A stretch of 64,000 nucleotides of DNA from Patescibacteria group bacterium (lineage in GTDB: Bacteria > Patescibacteriota > JABMPQ01 > JAQVVF01): assembly GCA_041662665.1 (NCBI GenBank), contig JBAZSC010000002.1:5735-69734 (forward strand), given 5' to 3'. Shown in pieces: positions 19,668 through 30,037 of the stretch. The notes under the pieces are model-generated. The model saw nothing but the letters and a program-made list of their open reading frames with translations. It was not told the origin of the DNA and did no database searches. The position numbers were made by a program, and so were the translations under genes. How positions within the stretch are numbered: the stretch's first letter is position 1; each line of letters starts with the position of its first letter.

Positions 19668-21083
19668 TTGACATCACTTAGCAACAACTTATATAATATA
19701 TCTATTATGATAAAACTAAATGATCAAAAATTAAAAATGCTAAAGAAAAATATTGTTCCTATATTCTTAATTATTTTTTTATTAATAACTTCTCTTATTT
19801 CTTTTAAGTTTTTTTCAATTGGAAAAAGTGTTTTTAAAGTCACAGCTAATACTTCTTTGTTAGGCCAGCTCCAAAAATTTATTATTCCTAATAAAAAATT
19901 AAAAGGCGAAAAAGAAAAAAGAACAAATATTTTACTTCTTGGAGTAGGTGGCGAAGGACATGATGGCGCGATGCTTACTGATACAATTATCATTTTCAGC
20001 ATTAAATATGAAAATGATAAACCAAGAGTAGCATTGATTTCTATTCCTCGAGATCTTTATGTAAACTTAAAAGATTTCGGCAATACAAAAATCAATAGCG
20101 TTTATGCTCTTGATAAAGACAGCAATCCTGATTCGAACAGAATTATTAAATCAATTGAAGGCGTTACTGGTTTACCAATTCATTATTATATTCAAGCTGA
20201 TTTTGAAGGCTTTAAAAAAGCCGTTGATGCTGTTGGCGGAATTGATGTTAATGTTGAACATAGTTTTGTTGACGACAAATATCCAACTAATAATTTTGGC
20301 GTAGAAACAATTTCTTTTGAAAAAGGATTAAATCACATGGATGGAGAAACAGCTCTAAAATATTCTCGCTCTCGACATGGAGTGGTTACTGATAAATCAG
20401 AAGCTTTTGAAGCAAATGATAGCGCTAGAGCAAAAAGACAACAACAAATTCTTTATGCCTCCAAAGAAAAAACAATGTCAGTTTCAACGATTAGCAATCC
20501 TAAAAAAATTAATGATCTTCTAGGCATCCTCGGTGATCATATCAGAACAAATTTAGAATTATGGGAAATGTTAAAACTCGGCGAACTTGCAAAAAATATT
20601 GATTCAAGTGACCTAAAAAATCATGTCTTAGATGATTCTCCAAATGGTTTACTTTATGCTTCAACAAGTCCTAATGGTTCATTCATTTTCTTGCCAAAAT
20701 CAAATGATTTTACAGAAATACATCATTACTGCAAAAATGTTTTTGAACCAAAACAAGAGGATATTGAAACTGCTAATATTAAAGTTCTTAATGGAACAGA
20801 AACTCCAAATCTTGCGCAAGAAGCATCAGCATTAATTGCCTACGACAATATAAAAGTATTAGCTCTTGACAATGCTTCAAAAATAGATTATAACAAAACG
20901 ATAGTCTATGATTATTCAAATGGCAAAAAACCAAATACTATCGAATTTTTAAAAAACAGATTTAATGCAAAAGTTATTAAATCAACAACAATTCCGAAAG
21001 AATATAATAATGATAATAGCAAAATAGACATTATCATGATTATTGGCAAAAATTTTTCGCAATTACCTCATTATGAATACTAA
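19668..21083 (+). CDS. LytR-CpsA-Psr (LCP) family cell-envelope transferase
   Basis: N-terminal TM segment; 'ILLLGVGGEGHDGAMLTDTIII...ISIPRDLYV'. Confidence 0.8.
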   Translation: MTSLSNNLYNISIMIKLNDQKLKMLKKNIVPIFLIIFLLITSLISFKFFSIGKSVFKVTANTSLLGQLQKFIIPNKKLKGEKEKRTNILLLGVGGEGHDGAMLTDTIIIFSIKYENDKPRVALISIPRDLYVNLKDFGNTKINSVYALDKDSNPDSNRIIKSIEGVTGLPIHYYIQADFEGFKKAVDAVGGIDVNVEHSFVDDKYPTNNFGVETISFEKGLNHMDGETALKYSRSRHGVVTDKSEAFEANDSARAKRQQQILYASKEKTMSVSTISNPKKINDLLGILGDHIRTNLELWEMLKLGELAKNIDSSDLKNHVLDDSPNGLLYASTSPNGSFIFLPKSNDFTEIHHYCKNVFEPKQEDIETANIKVLNGTETPNLAQEASALIAYDNIKVLALDNASKIDYNKTIVYDYSNGKKPNTIEFLKNRFNAKVIKSTTIPKEYNNDNSKIDIIMIIGKNFSQLPHYEY

Positions 21084-22407
21084 CGTCGTTATCATCGGCA
21101 GACCAAACTGCGGTAAATCAACACTTTTTAACAAACTAGTTGGAAGAAGCAGATCTGTTACATCGCCTATCGCTGGAACGACAAGAGACGTCGTTAATGG
21201 AAGTACTAGCTGGAAAGGAAAAGTATTTACCATTTTTGACACTGGCGGATTCGAATACAAAGTTAAAGCACAAGATGTAATAAATAAAAGTGTCCAAGAT
21301 CAAATTCAATTCGCTTTAAAAAAAGCGGATATTATTTTGTTTATAACTAATATCAAGACAGGCATTACTGCTCCAGATATTAGTTTTTCAAAAGAATTAA
21401 AAAAAATCAAGAAACCAATAATTCTAGTTGCCAACAAAGCTGATAATGATGATCTAAGAGAAAGAGGCCAAGAAATGTTAAGTCTAGGACTAGGAGAGCC
21501 ACAAATAATTTCAGCCTTAACTAGTTCTGGCATTGGTGATCTATTAGACAAAATTTCTTCTTTGATTAAAAAAACAAAAGAATCAGAAACAGAAGAAACA
21601 GAAATAAAAACAATCAGAGTTGGTTTTTTTGGCAAACCTAATGTCGGTAAATCTTCAATCATTAATGCCTTATTAGGCGAAGAAAAAGTTATAGTCTCTG
21701 ATATTCCAGGAACAACAAGAGATGCAATTGAAAATACAATTGAATACAAAGACAAAAAATTTATTGTCATCGATTCTGCTGGAATAAAAAGAAAAAGAGA
21801 AGCTCGATTTGGAATTGAAAAATTTTCGATTCGAAAAAGTTTGGCTACTATTTTAGATTGCGATGTAATTCTATTTGTTGTTGATTGCGAAGATTTTTTA
21901 TCAAGACAAGACAAAAGAATTTCCGAAAGAATTCTTGAAAGCAAAGCTAGCGTCATCATTGTTGCTAACAAATTTGATCTAATGGAACAAAAACAAAGCA
22001 ATATTGATAAAATAGTAAATTCATTGCGTTTCCATTTTAATTTTCTTTATTTTGCGCCAATTGTTTTTACTTCTGCCAAAACTAATCAAAATATCAAAGA
22101 AATTTTAGATTTATTAATTCTAGCCAACGAAAAAAGAAATCAAATCGTTGATCAAGAAGAATTAACGAAATTTTTATTAGATATTTTAAAAGACTATCCT
22201 CCACATCGCAATAAAAAATCAAAGAAAAGACCAAAATTAATTAGGCTAATTCAATTCAGAACCAACCCTCCAAAATTCAATCTTTATCTAGAAGGACCAG
22301 AAACAATCGCTCCTCAATATTTAAGATTTTTAGAACGAAAAATTCATGAGAAATATGGATTTGAATGTGCTCCAATTCATATTTCTGTAGCAAGAGAAGA
22401 CAAATAA
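21073..22407 (+). CDS. der: ribosome-biogenesis GTPase Der (EngA)
   Basis: Two G domains ('GRPNCGKST', 'GKPNVGKSS') and a C-terminal KH-like domain. The track start at 21043 is a TTG. The ATG at 21073 is preferred. Confidence 0.85.
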   Translation: MNTNVVIIGRPNCGKSTLFNKLVGRSRSVTSPIAGTTRDVVNGSTSWKGKVFTIFDTGGFEYKVKAQDVINKSVQDQIQFALKKADIILFITNIKTGITAPDISFSKELKKIKKPIILVANKADNDDLRERGQEMLSLGLGEPQIISALTSSGIGDLLDKISSLIKKTKESETEETEIKTIRVGFFGKPNVGKSSIINALLGEEKVIVSDIPGTTRDAIENTIEYKDKKFIVIDSAGIKRKREARFGIEKFSIRKSLATILDCDVILFVVDCEDFLSRQDKRISERILESKASVIIVANKFDLMEQKQSNIDKIVNSLRFHFNFLYFAPIVFTSAKTNQNIKEILDLLILANEKRNQIVDQEELTKFLLDILKDYPPHRNKKSKKRPKLIRLIQFRTNPPKFNLYLEGPETIAPQYLRFLERKIHEKYGFECAPIHISVAREDK

Positions 22408-22503
22408 CATAATACAAATATACAAATCTATGCTAATCTACAAATATGCAAATACATGCAAATTAGTCTATTCTTATATTCATATTCACTCTAATTTAAA
22501 AAT

Positions 22504-23037
22504 ATGCAATTAATTATTGGCTTAGGTAATCCAGGCGAAAAATATAACAATACTCGACATAACGTTGGCTTTCAAACTTTAGATAGTTTAGCAAAAAAGC
22601 TAGATTTAAATTTTAGTTTAGAAAAAAAATTTAATGCTGAAGTCGCTCAAACTAATCTAAAAGACGAAAAAACAATTTTTGCCAAACCACAAACTTTCAT
22701 GAATAATTCAGGAACTGCAGTTCAAGCTCTTGTTTCATTTTACAAAATCGATCCCAAAAAAGATTTAACTATAATTTACGACGATATCGATTTGCCAATT
22801 GGCGAAGTTCGAACTTCTGGCCAATCTGCTGGCGGTCATAATGGCATGCAATCAATTATTCAATCTTTAAATACAAATGAAATACAACGTTTTAGAATTG
22901 GTGTTCTAAATTTACCTAAAGAACAAATTTCAGATACTGCCAATTATGTTCTAGGAAATTTTTCAAAAGAAGAACAAGAAATCATTAATAAAAGCATTGA
23001 TCAAGTTATCGAAAAAATTACTAAATCCGCTAAATAA
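22504..23037 (+). CDS. pth: peptidyl-tRNA hydrolase
   Basis: 'LIIGLGNPGEKYNNTRHNVGF'. Confidence 0.9.
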   Translation: MQLIIGLGNPGEKYNNTRHNVGFQTLDSLAKKLDLNFSLEKKFNAEVAQTNLKDEKTIFAKPQTFMNNSGTAVQALVSFYKIDPKKDLTIIYDDIDLPIGEVRTSGQSAGGHNGMQSIIQSLNTNEIQRFRIGVLNLPKEQISDTANYVLGNFSKEEQEIINKSIDQVIEKITKSAK

Positions 23038-23294
23038 AAGCAGATTTTTAAAACAAAAAAACCGCAAACAATGCGATTATATTTTTAGTCTAGTTACTAG
23101 TTACTTTTTACTAGTTACTATTTTTTAGTTTTCTTCCATTTTTCTGCCTGCAAGCCTAAGCAAAAGCTTAAATTATAGCTACTCACAAAACTTAAGGAGG
23201 GATAGTCTTGCTTTGGCAACTCGCAGACAGAAAAATGAAAAAAACATTTTCATAACATCTTATCAAATGGAAAATTTATGTCAAGATTTTAAGA

Positions 23295-23326
23295 AATAAA
23301 AAAAGCTACCACCAAAGCAATAGCTT
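23295..23326 (-). terminator. Rho-independent terminator of the 23325-23831 gene
   Basis: 'agctaccaccaaagcaatagct' hairpin overlapping the stop codon, with a T-run on the minus strand. Confidence 0.6.
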
Positions 23327-23831
23327 AAACTCCAATCAAAGGTACTTGTTCATCATTTATCGAAAGATCTTTTCCGCTAATAATCAAAGTCCTACCGTCT
23401 ACAACAACTGAAACAGTAATACAACCGTAGCTCTGATCAATACTTAGATTCGAAGAAAAACCATATTCTTTTTCAATCTTTTTCTTAAATTTTCGGAAAC
23501 GATCTTTTTCATTTTTGATTTTTTCACGTAAACTCGAATTCACTATTCTTAAAGTAATGATCTCCTTATTCATTCTTTTACTTCGACCTTTTACTAAAAT
23601 ACAGTATGGGTTTAGTAGAATAATCTTATCTGTATATGTAACACTAAAATATGAACCTGAATCTGTACGCATAATAACACTGCCACTTATACTTCCATAA
23701 GAAGCATCCTTGATTACACGCGCTTTTTCAAGACCAGATGGGCAATTAACACCACCTCTAATTTCCCATTCACCAGTGCTTAAAAACTCAATAAATTGTT
23801 TAGCGTTCAATCTTTCCTCGCCCTTCTCCAT
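23325..23831 (-). CDS. unknown-function protein, paralog of 23936-24488 ('GEWEIRGG' family)
   Basis: Strong SD 'AAGGAGGGAGAGGAAG'. Shares its N-terminal motif and overall architecture with the neighbouring gene. Confidence 0.65.
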   Translation of the reverse strand: MEKGEERLNAKQFIEFLSTGEWEIRGGVNCPSGLEKARVIKDASYGSISGSVIMRTDSGSYFSVTYTDKIILLNPYCILVKGRSKRMNKEIITLRIVNSSLREKIKNEKDRFRKFKKKIEKEYGFSSNLSIDQSYGCITVSVVVDGRTLIISGKDLSINDEQVPLIGV

Positions 23832-23909
23832 CTTCCTCTCCCTCCTTGTGTTTCGGTTTCTAGAATAATTTAGTATAGCAAATCAAAATATATAATCAAG
23901 ATTTTAAAA

Positions 23910-23937
23910 ATAAAAAAACTGTCACAAAGTAACAGTT
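23910..23937 (-). terminator. Rho-independent terminator of the 23936-24488 gene
   Basis: 'aactgt...acagtt' hairpin plus T-run on the minus strand. Confidence 0.5.
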
Positions 23938-24488
23938 AACAAAGATCGATTTTTGGCATCATTCTACCATTCAAATACAAACGTCCTCTGAAAAACTCAA
24001 TTCTCAAGCTCTTATCGCCACAACGAATCGTTACTTTCTGCTCATCATCGACATCAATACTTGTCAAAACCGAACCAATAAGATCATTCGAAATTCCAAC
24101 CACTTGTTTGCGTAAAGCATAACGACGCTGATTCTTTGCTCTACGCTTTCTTTTTTCATCAACTTCCTTTACTACTTGCTGCGATTTCTTATCCAATTCC
24201 AGATTCCGAATCTTCATAATTGCAACGGAACCACGACGTACTGTCACTGCACAATCCTTTATCATAAAGATATCATCTCTAACCGTAATGAGATAATTTT
24301 TACACATATCATCATTAAACATACGAACTCCAGCACCAATCTGAGTTTCTTCAAAAAAAAGACGAGACAATGTAATAGGTCTTGATTCACCTAAATAGAA
24401 AGTGCCACCTACCAACGACCACCCACCCATCCTTAATAGCTCAACAAATACCTTTAAATCCAACGATTTCTCCGTCATTGCCTTTTCC
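23936..24488 (-). CDS. unknown-function protein, paralog of 23325-23831 ('GGWSLVGG')
   Basis: Start set at MTEKSLDL (24488) with SD 'AAAGGAGGAAAAGG'. The track ORF extends to 24550. Confidence 0.65.
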
Positions 24489-24549
24489 TCCTTTCGTTGC
24501 AACCAGATTGAAAAACATATAAGTATAAAACATAAATAATTAAAAGTCA

Positions 24550-27500
24550 ATGTTTTGTCTTGCTTTTTTGGCTCAAGTATGCTATCATCTCTCTATGCTA
24601 GAAATTCTAGCCAAAACGCTTTCTTCAAGCAAAAAAACGGTATTAACCGGTATTTGTGAACAAGCAAAGCCATACATTATTACCAAGCTGATACCCCCAA
24701 AAAATATGGATCAGCCGATTTTTTATTTCGTCAAAAATCATCAATTGGCAATATCTACATATAATAATCTAAAAAACTGGCAAGAAAATATTACAATTAG
24801 AATCTTCAAACCAATTGATGAAAAATCGCTAGATTTAGATAATGAAAAAATCAGACAAGATTTTATTAAAAAACAAAATTTCTTATCCGATATTTCTGAA
24901 AACAAATCAGGATTTTATATTATTCCAATTGAATATCTAAATAGCACTTGTCCAAAAATTAGCAATTTTGAAAGAAATTTTTCAAGCGCGACAAAAAATG
25001 AGTTAATTGATCCAAATGATTTAGCTAAAGATTTTTCTACTCAAGGCTATGAGCGAGATACAAATGCAGTTACAAAAGGATATTTTTCTAAAAAAGGCGG
25101 ACTTATCGAAATTTTTCCAATCAATAAAAAATATCCAATCAGAATCGAATTCATTGGCAATAAAATTGAAGACATTCAAATTTTTGATCCAAAAAACAAA
25201 AAAGGATTACAAAAAGTTAATTCCATTTTAATTCCTCCAATCAAAACAAATGACAGCAATGGAAAATTATCTGATTATTTAAAAATGCCAAAAAAAGCAA
25301 TTGCAATAATTAATGATCCAGAAAGTTTAAAAGAATCAATTGATCCATTCTCTTACAAACCATATCAAGAATTTGAAAAATCAATTAATGATTTCACTCA
25401 AATCATTATCCAATCTTTTCCAGAAGAAAAAACAATTGATTTTGATTTTGTTTCAATTCCAAATTTTAGCAATAATTTATTAGCCTTAAAAAAAGAATTG
25501 CAAAAATATCATGATTATAAAATAATTATTCTCACTCAAGATGAAAAAGCAATTAAAAAAATATTTACAAATTTAAATATAAATTTTTCAAAAATAATCC
25601 TTGAAAAAAAAGAATACTTAAAAAATATTTTTGGATTCAAAAGCAATCAGCAAAAATTATTATTTTTAACTGACAATGAAATAATTCAAGAAAAAACTGA
25701 AAATAAAAAAAGCATTAATGAAGCTTTTATTTCCGAATTAAAAATTAATGACTTTTTAGTCCATGAAGATCATGGCATCTGTTTATTCAAAGGAACGACA
25801 AAAAGAATTATTGATAATATTGAAAAAGAATATCTAATTTTAGAATATGCTGACAATGATAAACTTTTTTTGCCTGTCGAATATTCTGAAAAAATAACCA
25901 AATATATCGGCCAATCACATCCCAAAATTAATCGTCTCCATACTGCATCATGGCAAGAATTAAAAAGCAAAATTAAAAAAAGAACTGAAATTATTGCCAA
26001 AGATCTTCTAAAAATTTACGCCAATCGCGAAAAATCACATGGCTTTACTTTTTCTCCTGACAATGAAATTCAAAAAGAATTAGAAAATAGTTTTCCATAT
26101 CAAGAAACTCCTGACCAAATCAAAGTTATCAAAGAAGTAAAAGATGACATGGAAAAGAAAAAATCAAAAAAACCAATGGATCGTTTAATTTGCGGAGATG
26201 TTGGTTTTGGCAAAACTGAAATCGCTTTGCGCGCTGCTTTCAAAGCTGCTCAAGACAAAAAACAAGTTGCCATTCTTTGTCCTACCACAATTCTTGCCAA
26301 ACAACATTTCGATAATTTTAAAAATCGATTAGAAAATTTTGATTTAAAAATTGCTGTCATTTCTCGCTTTCAATCAAAATTGCAACAACAAGATATTTTA
26401 GAAAAATTATCAACAGGTCAAATTAATATTATCATTGGCACTCACCGACTTTTGTCTAATGATATTAAATTTAAAGATCTCGGACTTTTAGTTTTAGATG
26501 AGGAACAAAGATTTGGCGTAAAACATAAAGAAACAATCAAAAAATTAAAAGCCAACATTGATATTTTAGCATTATCAGCAACACCAATTCCAAGAACTTT
26601 AAATTTATCATTATCAGGACTTCGCGATATCAGCATCATTAGTACTCCTCCACCAGGACGTCAATCTGTTGCAAATTACATCAAACCATATTCTGAAAAT
26701 ATTATTTTTAATGCTTTCAAAAAAGAATTAGATCGCAATGGCCAAATTTATTTTCTTCATAATAAAGTTCAAACAATTCAAGCAGCAACTGAAAAAATTA
26801 AAAAATTGATTGAAAAATATAAAAAACCAATTTCAGTTGCTTTTGCTCATGGACAAATGCCAGAAAACAATTTGGAAAAAATAATGGCTGAATTCTATGA
26901 CAAGAAAATTGATATTCTAGTTGCTTCATCAATTATTGAAAACGGTCTTGATGTTCCAAATGTTAATACGATTATCATTGATAATGCTTCAAATTTTGGC
27001 CTCGCTGATTTATATCAACTAAAAGGTAGAGTTGGACGTGGACAAAAACAAGCCTATGCCTATTTTTTATATAAAAGTACAGAGTTAAAAGAAAAAGCTA
27101 GAAGAAGATTAGAAGCATTGCTTGAAGCAAAAGAATTAGGCTCTGGTTTTCAATTGGCTTTACGAGATCTTGAAATTAGAGGCGCTGGAAATATTTTAGG
27201 CAAAGAACAATCAGGAGCTGTCACCACAGTTGGCTTAAATTTATATTGCCGACTTTTAAATCAAGCAATTAAAGATCTAAAATCAGGACAAGAAAAAGTA
27301 TTAGAAGAAAAAATTTCTCCAACACTTGATTTGCCATTATCTGCATATTTGCCTGAAAAAATATTTCCAAACTTTGAAAAACGCTTGAAGCTTTATCAAC
27401 AAATTGCCAATATTGAGAATATTGATGAATTGCAACAGCAAAAAAATAATTTGCTAAAAGATGTTCCAAATATTAGCGCTGAAGTAAATACCCAAATTAA

Positions 27501-27789
27501 CTATGTTAATAATTTATTCTATATTTTAGAATTAAAAATAATTTCTCAAAAAGCAAAAATTAAATATATCAAAACAAAACAGATTAATCTGCCAAATGGC
27601 AAAAGCTACAATCGTTTTGTCGTCAACTTCATCGGTCAAACAAACTACGAAAATGCCTACTCATTGATCAAAAAAAATCCTCAATGGGACATTGAAGATA
27701 ATGAAATAAAAATAAACCAATCTGATCTAGGACCAGATTGGAAAAATTCTTTAAAACAAAGTTTACAATTTTTTGCTTGCCAGCCGTAA
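24550..27789 (+). CDS. mfd: transcription-repair coupling factor Mfd
   Basis: UvrB-homology N-terminus, RNAP-interacting domain, SF2 helicase motifs 'GDVGFGKTE', 'LDEEQRFGV', TRG motif. An alternative start at 24595 is possible. Confidence 0.9.
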   Translation: MFCLAFLAQVCYHLSMLEILAKTLSSSKKTVLTGICEQAKPYIITKLIPPKNMDQPIFYFVKNHQLAISTYNNLKNWQENITIRIFKPIDEKSLDLDNEKIRQDFIKKQNFLSDISENKSGFYIIPIEYLNSTCPKISNFERNFSSATKNELIDPNDLAKDFSTQGYERDTNAVTKGYFSKKGGLIEIFPINKKYPIRIEFIGNKIEDIQIFDPKNKKGLQKVNSILIPPIKTNDSNGKLSDYLKMPKKAIAIINDPESLKESIDPFSYKPYQEFEKSINDFTQIIIQSFPEEKTIDFDFVSIPNFSNNLLALKKELQKYHDYKIIILTQDEKAIKKIFTNLNINFSKIILEKKEYLKNIFGFKSNQQKLLFLTDNEIIQEKTENKKSINEAFISELKINDFLVHEDHGICLFKGTTKRIIDNIEKEYLILEYADNDKLFLPVEYSEKITKYIGQSHPKINRLHTASWQELKSKIKKRTEIIAKDLLKIYANREKSHGFTFSPDNEIQKELENSFPYQETPDQIKVIKEVKDDMEKKKSKKPMDRLICGDVGFGKTEIALRAAFKAAQDKKQVAILCPTTILAKQHFDNFKNRLENFDLKIAVISRFQSKLQQQDILEKLSTGQINIIIGTHRLLSNDIKFKDLGLLVLDEEQRFGVKHKETIKKLKANIDILALSATPIPRTLNLSLSGLRDISIISTPPPGRQSVANYIKPYSENIIFNAFKKELDRNGQIYFLHNKVQTIQAATEKIKKLIEKYKKPISVAFAHGQMPENNLEKIMAEFYDKKIDILVASSIIENGLDVPNVNTIIIDNASNFGLADLYQLKGRVGRGQKQAYAYFLYKSTELKEKARRRLEALLEAKELGSGFQLALRDLEIRGAGNILGKEQSGAVTTVGLNLYCRLLNQAIKDLKSGQEKVLEEKISPTLDLPLSAYLPEKIFPNFEKRLKLYQQIANIENIDELQQQKNNLLKDVPNISAEVNTQINYVNNLFYILELKIISQKAKIKYIKTKQINLPNGKSYNRFVVNFIGQTNYENAYSLIKKNPQWDIEDNEIKINQSDLGPDWKNSLKQSLQFFACQP

Positions 27790-27872
27790 TACCAAAATTA
27801 TTTTCAAAAAATAATTTATTTTATTACAGATTTTACAAATATTCATTCTTTTAAAAGTATATAAAGGAAGGC

Positions 27873-28625
27873 TTAATTTTTGATTTGAATTGTCTCAATC
27901 AAAGCATCAATAGTTTTAAGATTATTCTTTACATAATAATCTTCAGCTTCTTTTGTTGGAAAAGACTGACCAGGAGTAATTGTATATACTTTACCACCAT
28001 TTGCAAAGAAATATTTAATTCCTAGAACGCCATAATTTTCGCTATATTCATCAGTAACCGTAACTTTCAAAGCATTAATTTTTTGATCTTTACCGATTTT
28101 TACATTTTCTAATTGTAATAGATTATCTTGATCAAAATTATAAGTAATAACATCTTTCAAAGATTCATTTGCATCGTTATTAATAATACCTACACCAAAA
28201 ATACCAAAATCATAAAAATCATATTTTCTTTCACCAGGAATATCAATTTGTCTAACTTTTTTGCTTTGATCTAATACCTCAGGATATAAGAATGAAATTC
28301 CTTGAATATCAAATTCTAACCAATCAGAAGTAATATCTTCATTTTTAGAATTTACATTTTCATTAACAATATTTGTGTTCTCATTAATATTTTCTTTTTG
28401 TTCATTTGCTGATTCATTTGTTTTAATTTCTTCAGTTTTTTTATCTTTCTTAAAACTAATATAATTTTTAAATCCTAGATTATCAGTAGCTAAAAAAGCA
28501 ATCAAATATCCACCTAAACCTAAAACTAAAATACCAAAAATAATTCCGAAAACAATTTTTAATACTTTTTCTCTTTTTTGTTTTTTTCCTTCTTGATTTT
28601 GAATTTGATTTTGTTCGTTAACCAT
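27873..28625 (-). CDS. hypothetical membrane-anchored Asn/Glu-rich protein
   Basis: N-terminal TM segment 'IVFGIIFGILVLGLGGYLIAFLA'. Confidence 0.5.
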   Translation of the reverse strand: MVNEQNQIQNQEGKKQKREKVLKIVFGIIFGILVLGLGGYLIAFLATDNLGFKNYISFKKDKKTEEIKTNESANEQKENINENTNIVNENVNSKNEDITSDWLEFDIQGISFLYPEVLDQSKKVRQIDIPGERKYDFYDFGIFGVGIINNDANESLKDVITYNFDQDNLLQLENVKIGKDQKINALKVTVTDEYSENYGVLGIKYFFANGGKVYTITPGQSFPTKEAEDYYVKNNLKTIDALIETIQIKN

Positions 28626-28760
28626 AAAATTAAATTAAATTATTATTAGAAACAGAGTATATTGTATTTTTGTATTTTTGTCAATAGTTTGTCTAAAATT
28701 CCTTTTTTATGTTACTGTAAAGACATAAATTATTTTTATTAGCAAATAATTCGCAAAAAT

Positions 28761-29861
28761 TTGCAAATGATTAGCGATGATCTTAAATATTGGAATGCTT
28801 TAAATCAAAATCTAAGAATCGGCGCCAGAAGATTCAAAAAACTCTACACCCATTTCGAAACTATGGAACAAGTTTGGTTCGCTGATTCTTTAGAATTAAG
28901 CAAAGCTGGTCTAGAAGACAAAGTTATTGATTATATTTTGGTCAAAAGGCCTACTATTTCAGTAGATTCTGAAATGGAAAAATTAGAAAAAGAGAACATC
29001 CATATTATCACTATCAAAGATAAAGCCTATCCAAAATTGCTCAAAGAAATTTATGATCCGCCTGCCCTACTTTATGTCAGAGGCGAATTAAAAGAACAAG
29101 ATGAATTTGCAATTAGCGTTGTTGGAACTAGAAAAATTTCTCAATATGGAAAACAAGTCATTCCTGATATTGTTCATGAATTAGCTAGCAATAAAATAAC
29201 AATCATTTCAGGTCTTGCATTAGGCGCTGATACTTTTGCTCATCAAGCTGCAATTGCCGCTTCTGGTCGAACAATTGCAGTTTTAGGTTCAGGCCTTGAC
29301 CACCAACATATTTATCCATATTGCAACAAATCTTTATCAGAAATTGTTTCTCAACATGGTGCAGTTATTTCTGAATATCCAATTAATACTTTGCCATTAA
29401 AACAACATTTTCCTGCTCGAAACAGAATTGTCTCTGGCATGTCTTTAGGAATCTTAGTTATTGAAGCACCTTCTGATTCTGGAGCTCTAATCACCGCAAA
29501 ATTTGGACTTGAACATAATCGAGATATTTTTGCTATTCCTGGCAGTATTTATTCTCAAAATTCAATTGGTCCGAATAATTTAATTAAACAAGGCGCAAAA
29601 TTAATCACTTGCGCTCAAGATATTTTAGATGAATTAAATTTATCTCTCGCCACATCTTATCAACAGACTAAAGAAATAGTTCCAGAAAGCAAAGAAGAAG
29701 AAATATTATTAAAAATAATAACAAAAGAACCTGTCCATATTGATAAAATTGTACAGCAATCCAAAATGCCTTCCTCTCAAGTTAGTGCAACTTTGACAAT
29801 GATGGAAATGAAGGGCAAGGTAAGAAATTTGGGTGCTATGAATTATGTATTGGCAAGATAA
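28761..29861 (+). CDS. dprA: DNA processing protein DprA (Smf)
   Basis: Rossmann-like DprA core 'SGLALGADTFAHQAAI...AVLGSGLD' and a C-terminal winged-helix-like domain. Confidence 0.85.
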   Translation: MQMISDDLKYWNALNQNLRIGARRFKKLYTHFETMEQVWFADSLELSKAGLEDKVIDYILVKRPTISVDSEMEKLEKENIHIITIKDKAYPKLLKEIYDPPALLYVRGELKEQDEFAISVVGTRKISQYGKQVIPDIVHELASNKITIISGLALGADTFAHQAAIAASGRTIAVLGSGLDHQHIYPYCNKSLSEIVSQHGAVISEYPINTLPLKQHFPARNRIVSGMSLGILVIEAPSDSGALITAKFGLEHNRDIFAIPGSIYSQNSIGPNNLIKQGAKLITCAQDILDELNLSLATSYQQTKEIVPESKEEEILLKIITKEPVHIDKIVQQSKMPSSQVSATLTMMEMKGKVRNLGAMNYVLAR

Positions 29862-29869
29862 CAAAATTA

Positions 29870-30000
29870 ATTCTCATAATAATGAGAATTATGAATAATG
29901 AATAATGAATTAAGAATCAAGATTCCCTATTCATTATTCCAATCATAATTCATGATTCGTTATTCTTAATTCTCGTTACCATTTGACAAACCTTATTAAT
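29870..30000. repeat. GAAT/ATTC-word palindromic intergenic element (copy A)
   Basis: A hairpin 'aattctcat-aata-atgagaatt' is followed by a long imperfect inverted repeat. It is related to the element at 50713-50835. Confidence 0.5.
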
Positions 30001-30037
30001 AAGTTAGTATAAGAATTAATAATATCTAAAATAATTT

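Noticed and set aside
21306-22001. A 231-aa minus-strand ORF inside der. Similar antisense ORFs occur at 39426-39857, 40066-40449, 41734-42117, 13436-13780, 7080-7364, 6227-6526 and 31699-32136.
   Set aside because: They lie antisense within well-supported conserved genes. They have low-complexity, Ser/Leu-rich translations typical of shadow ORFs, and no RBS.
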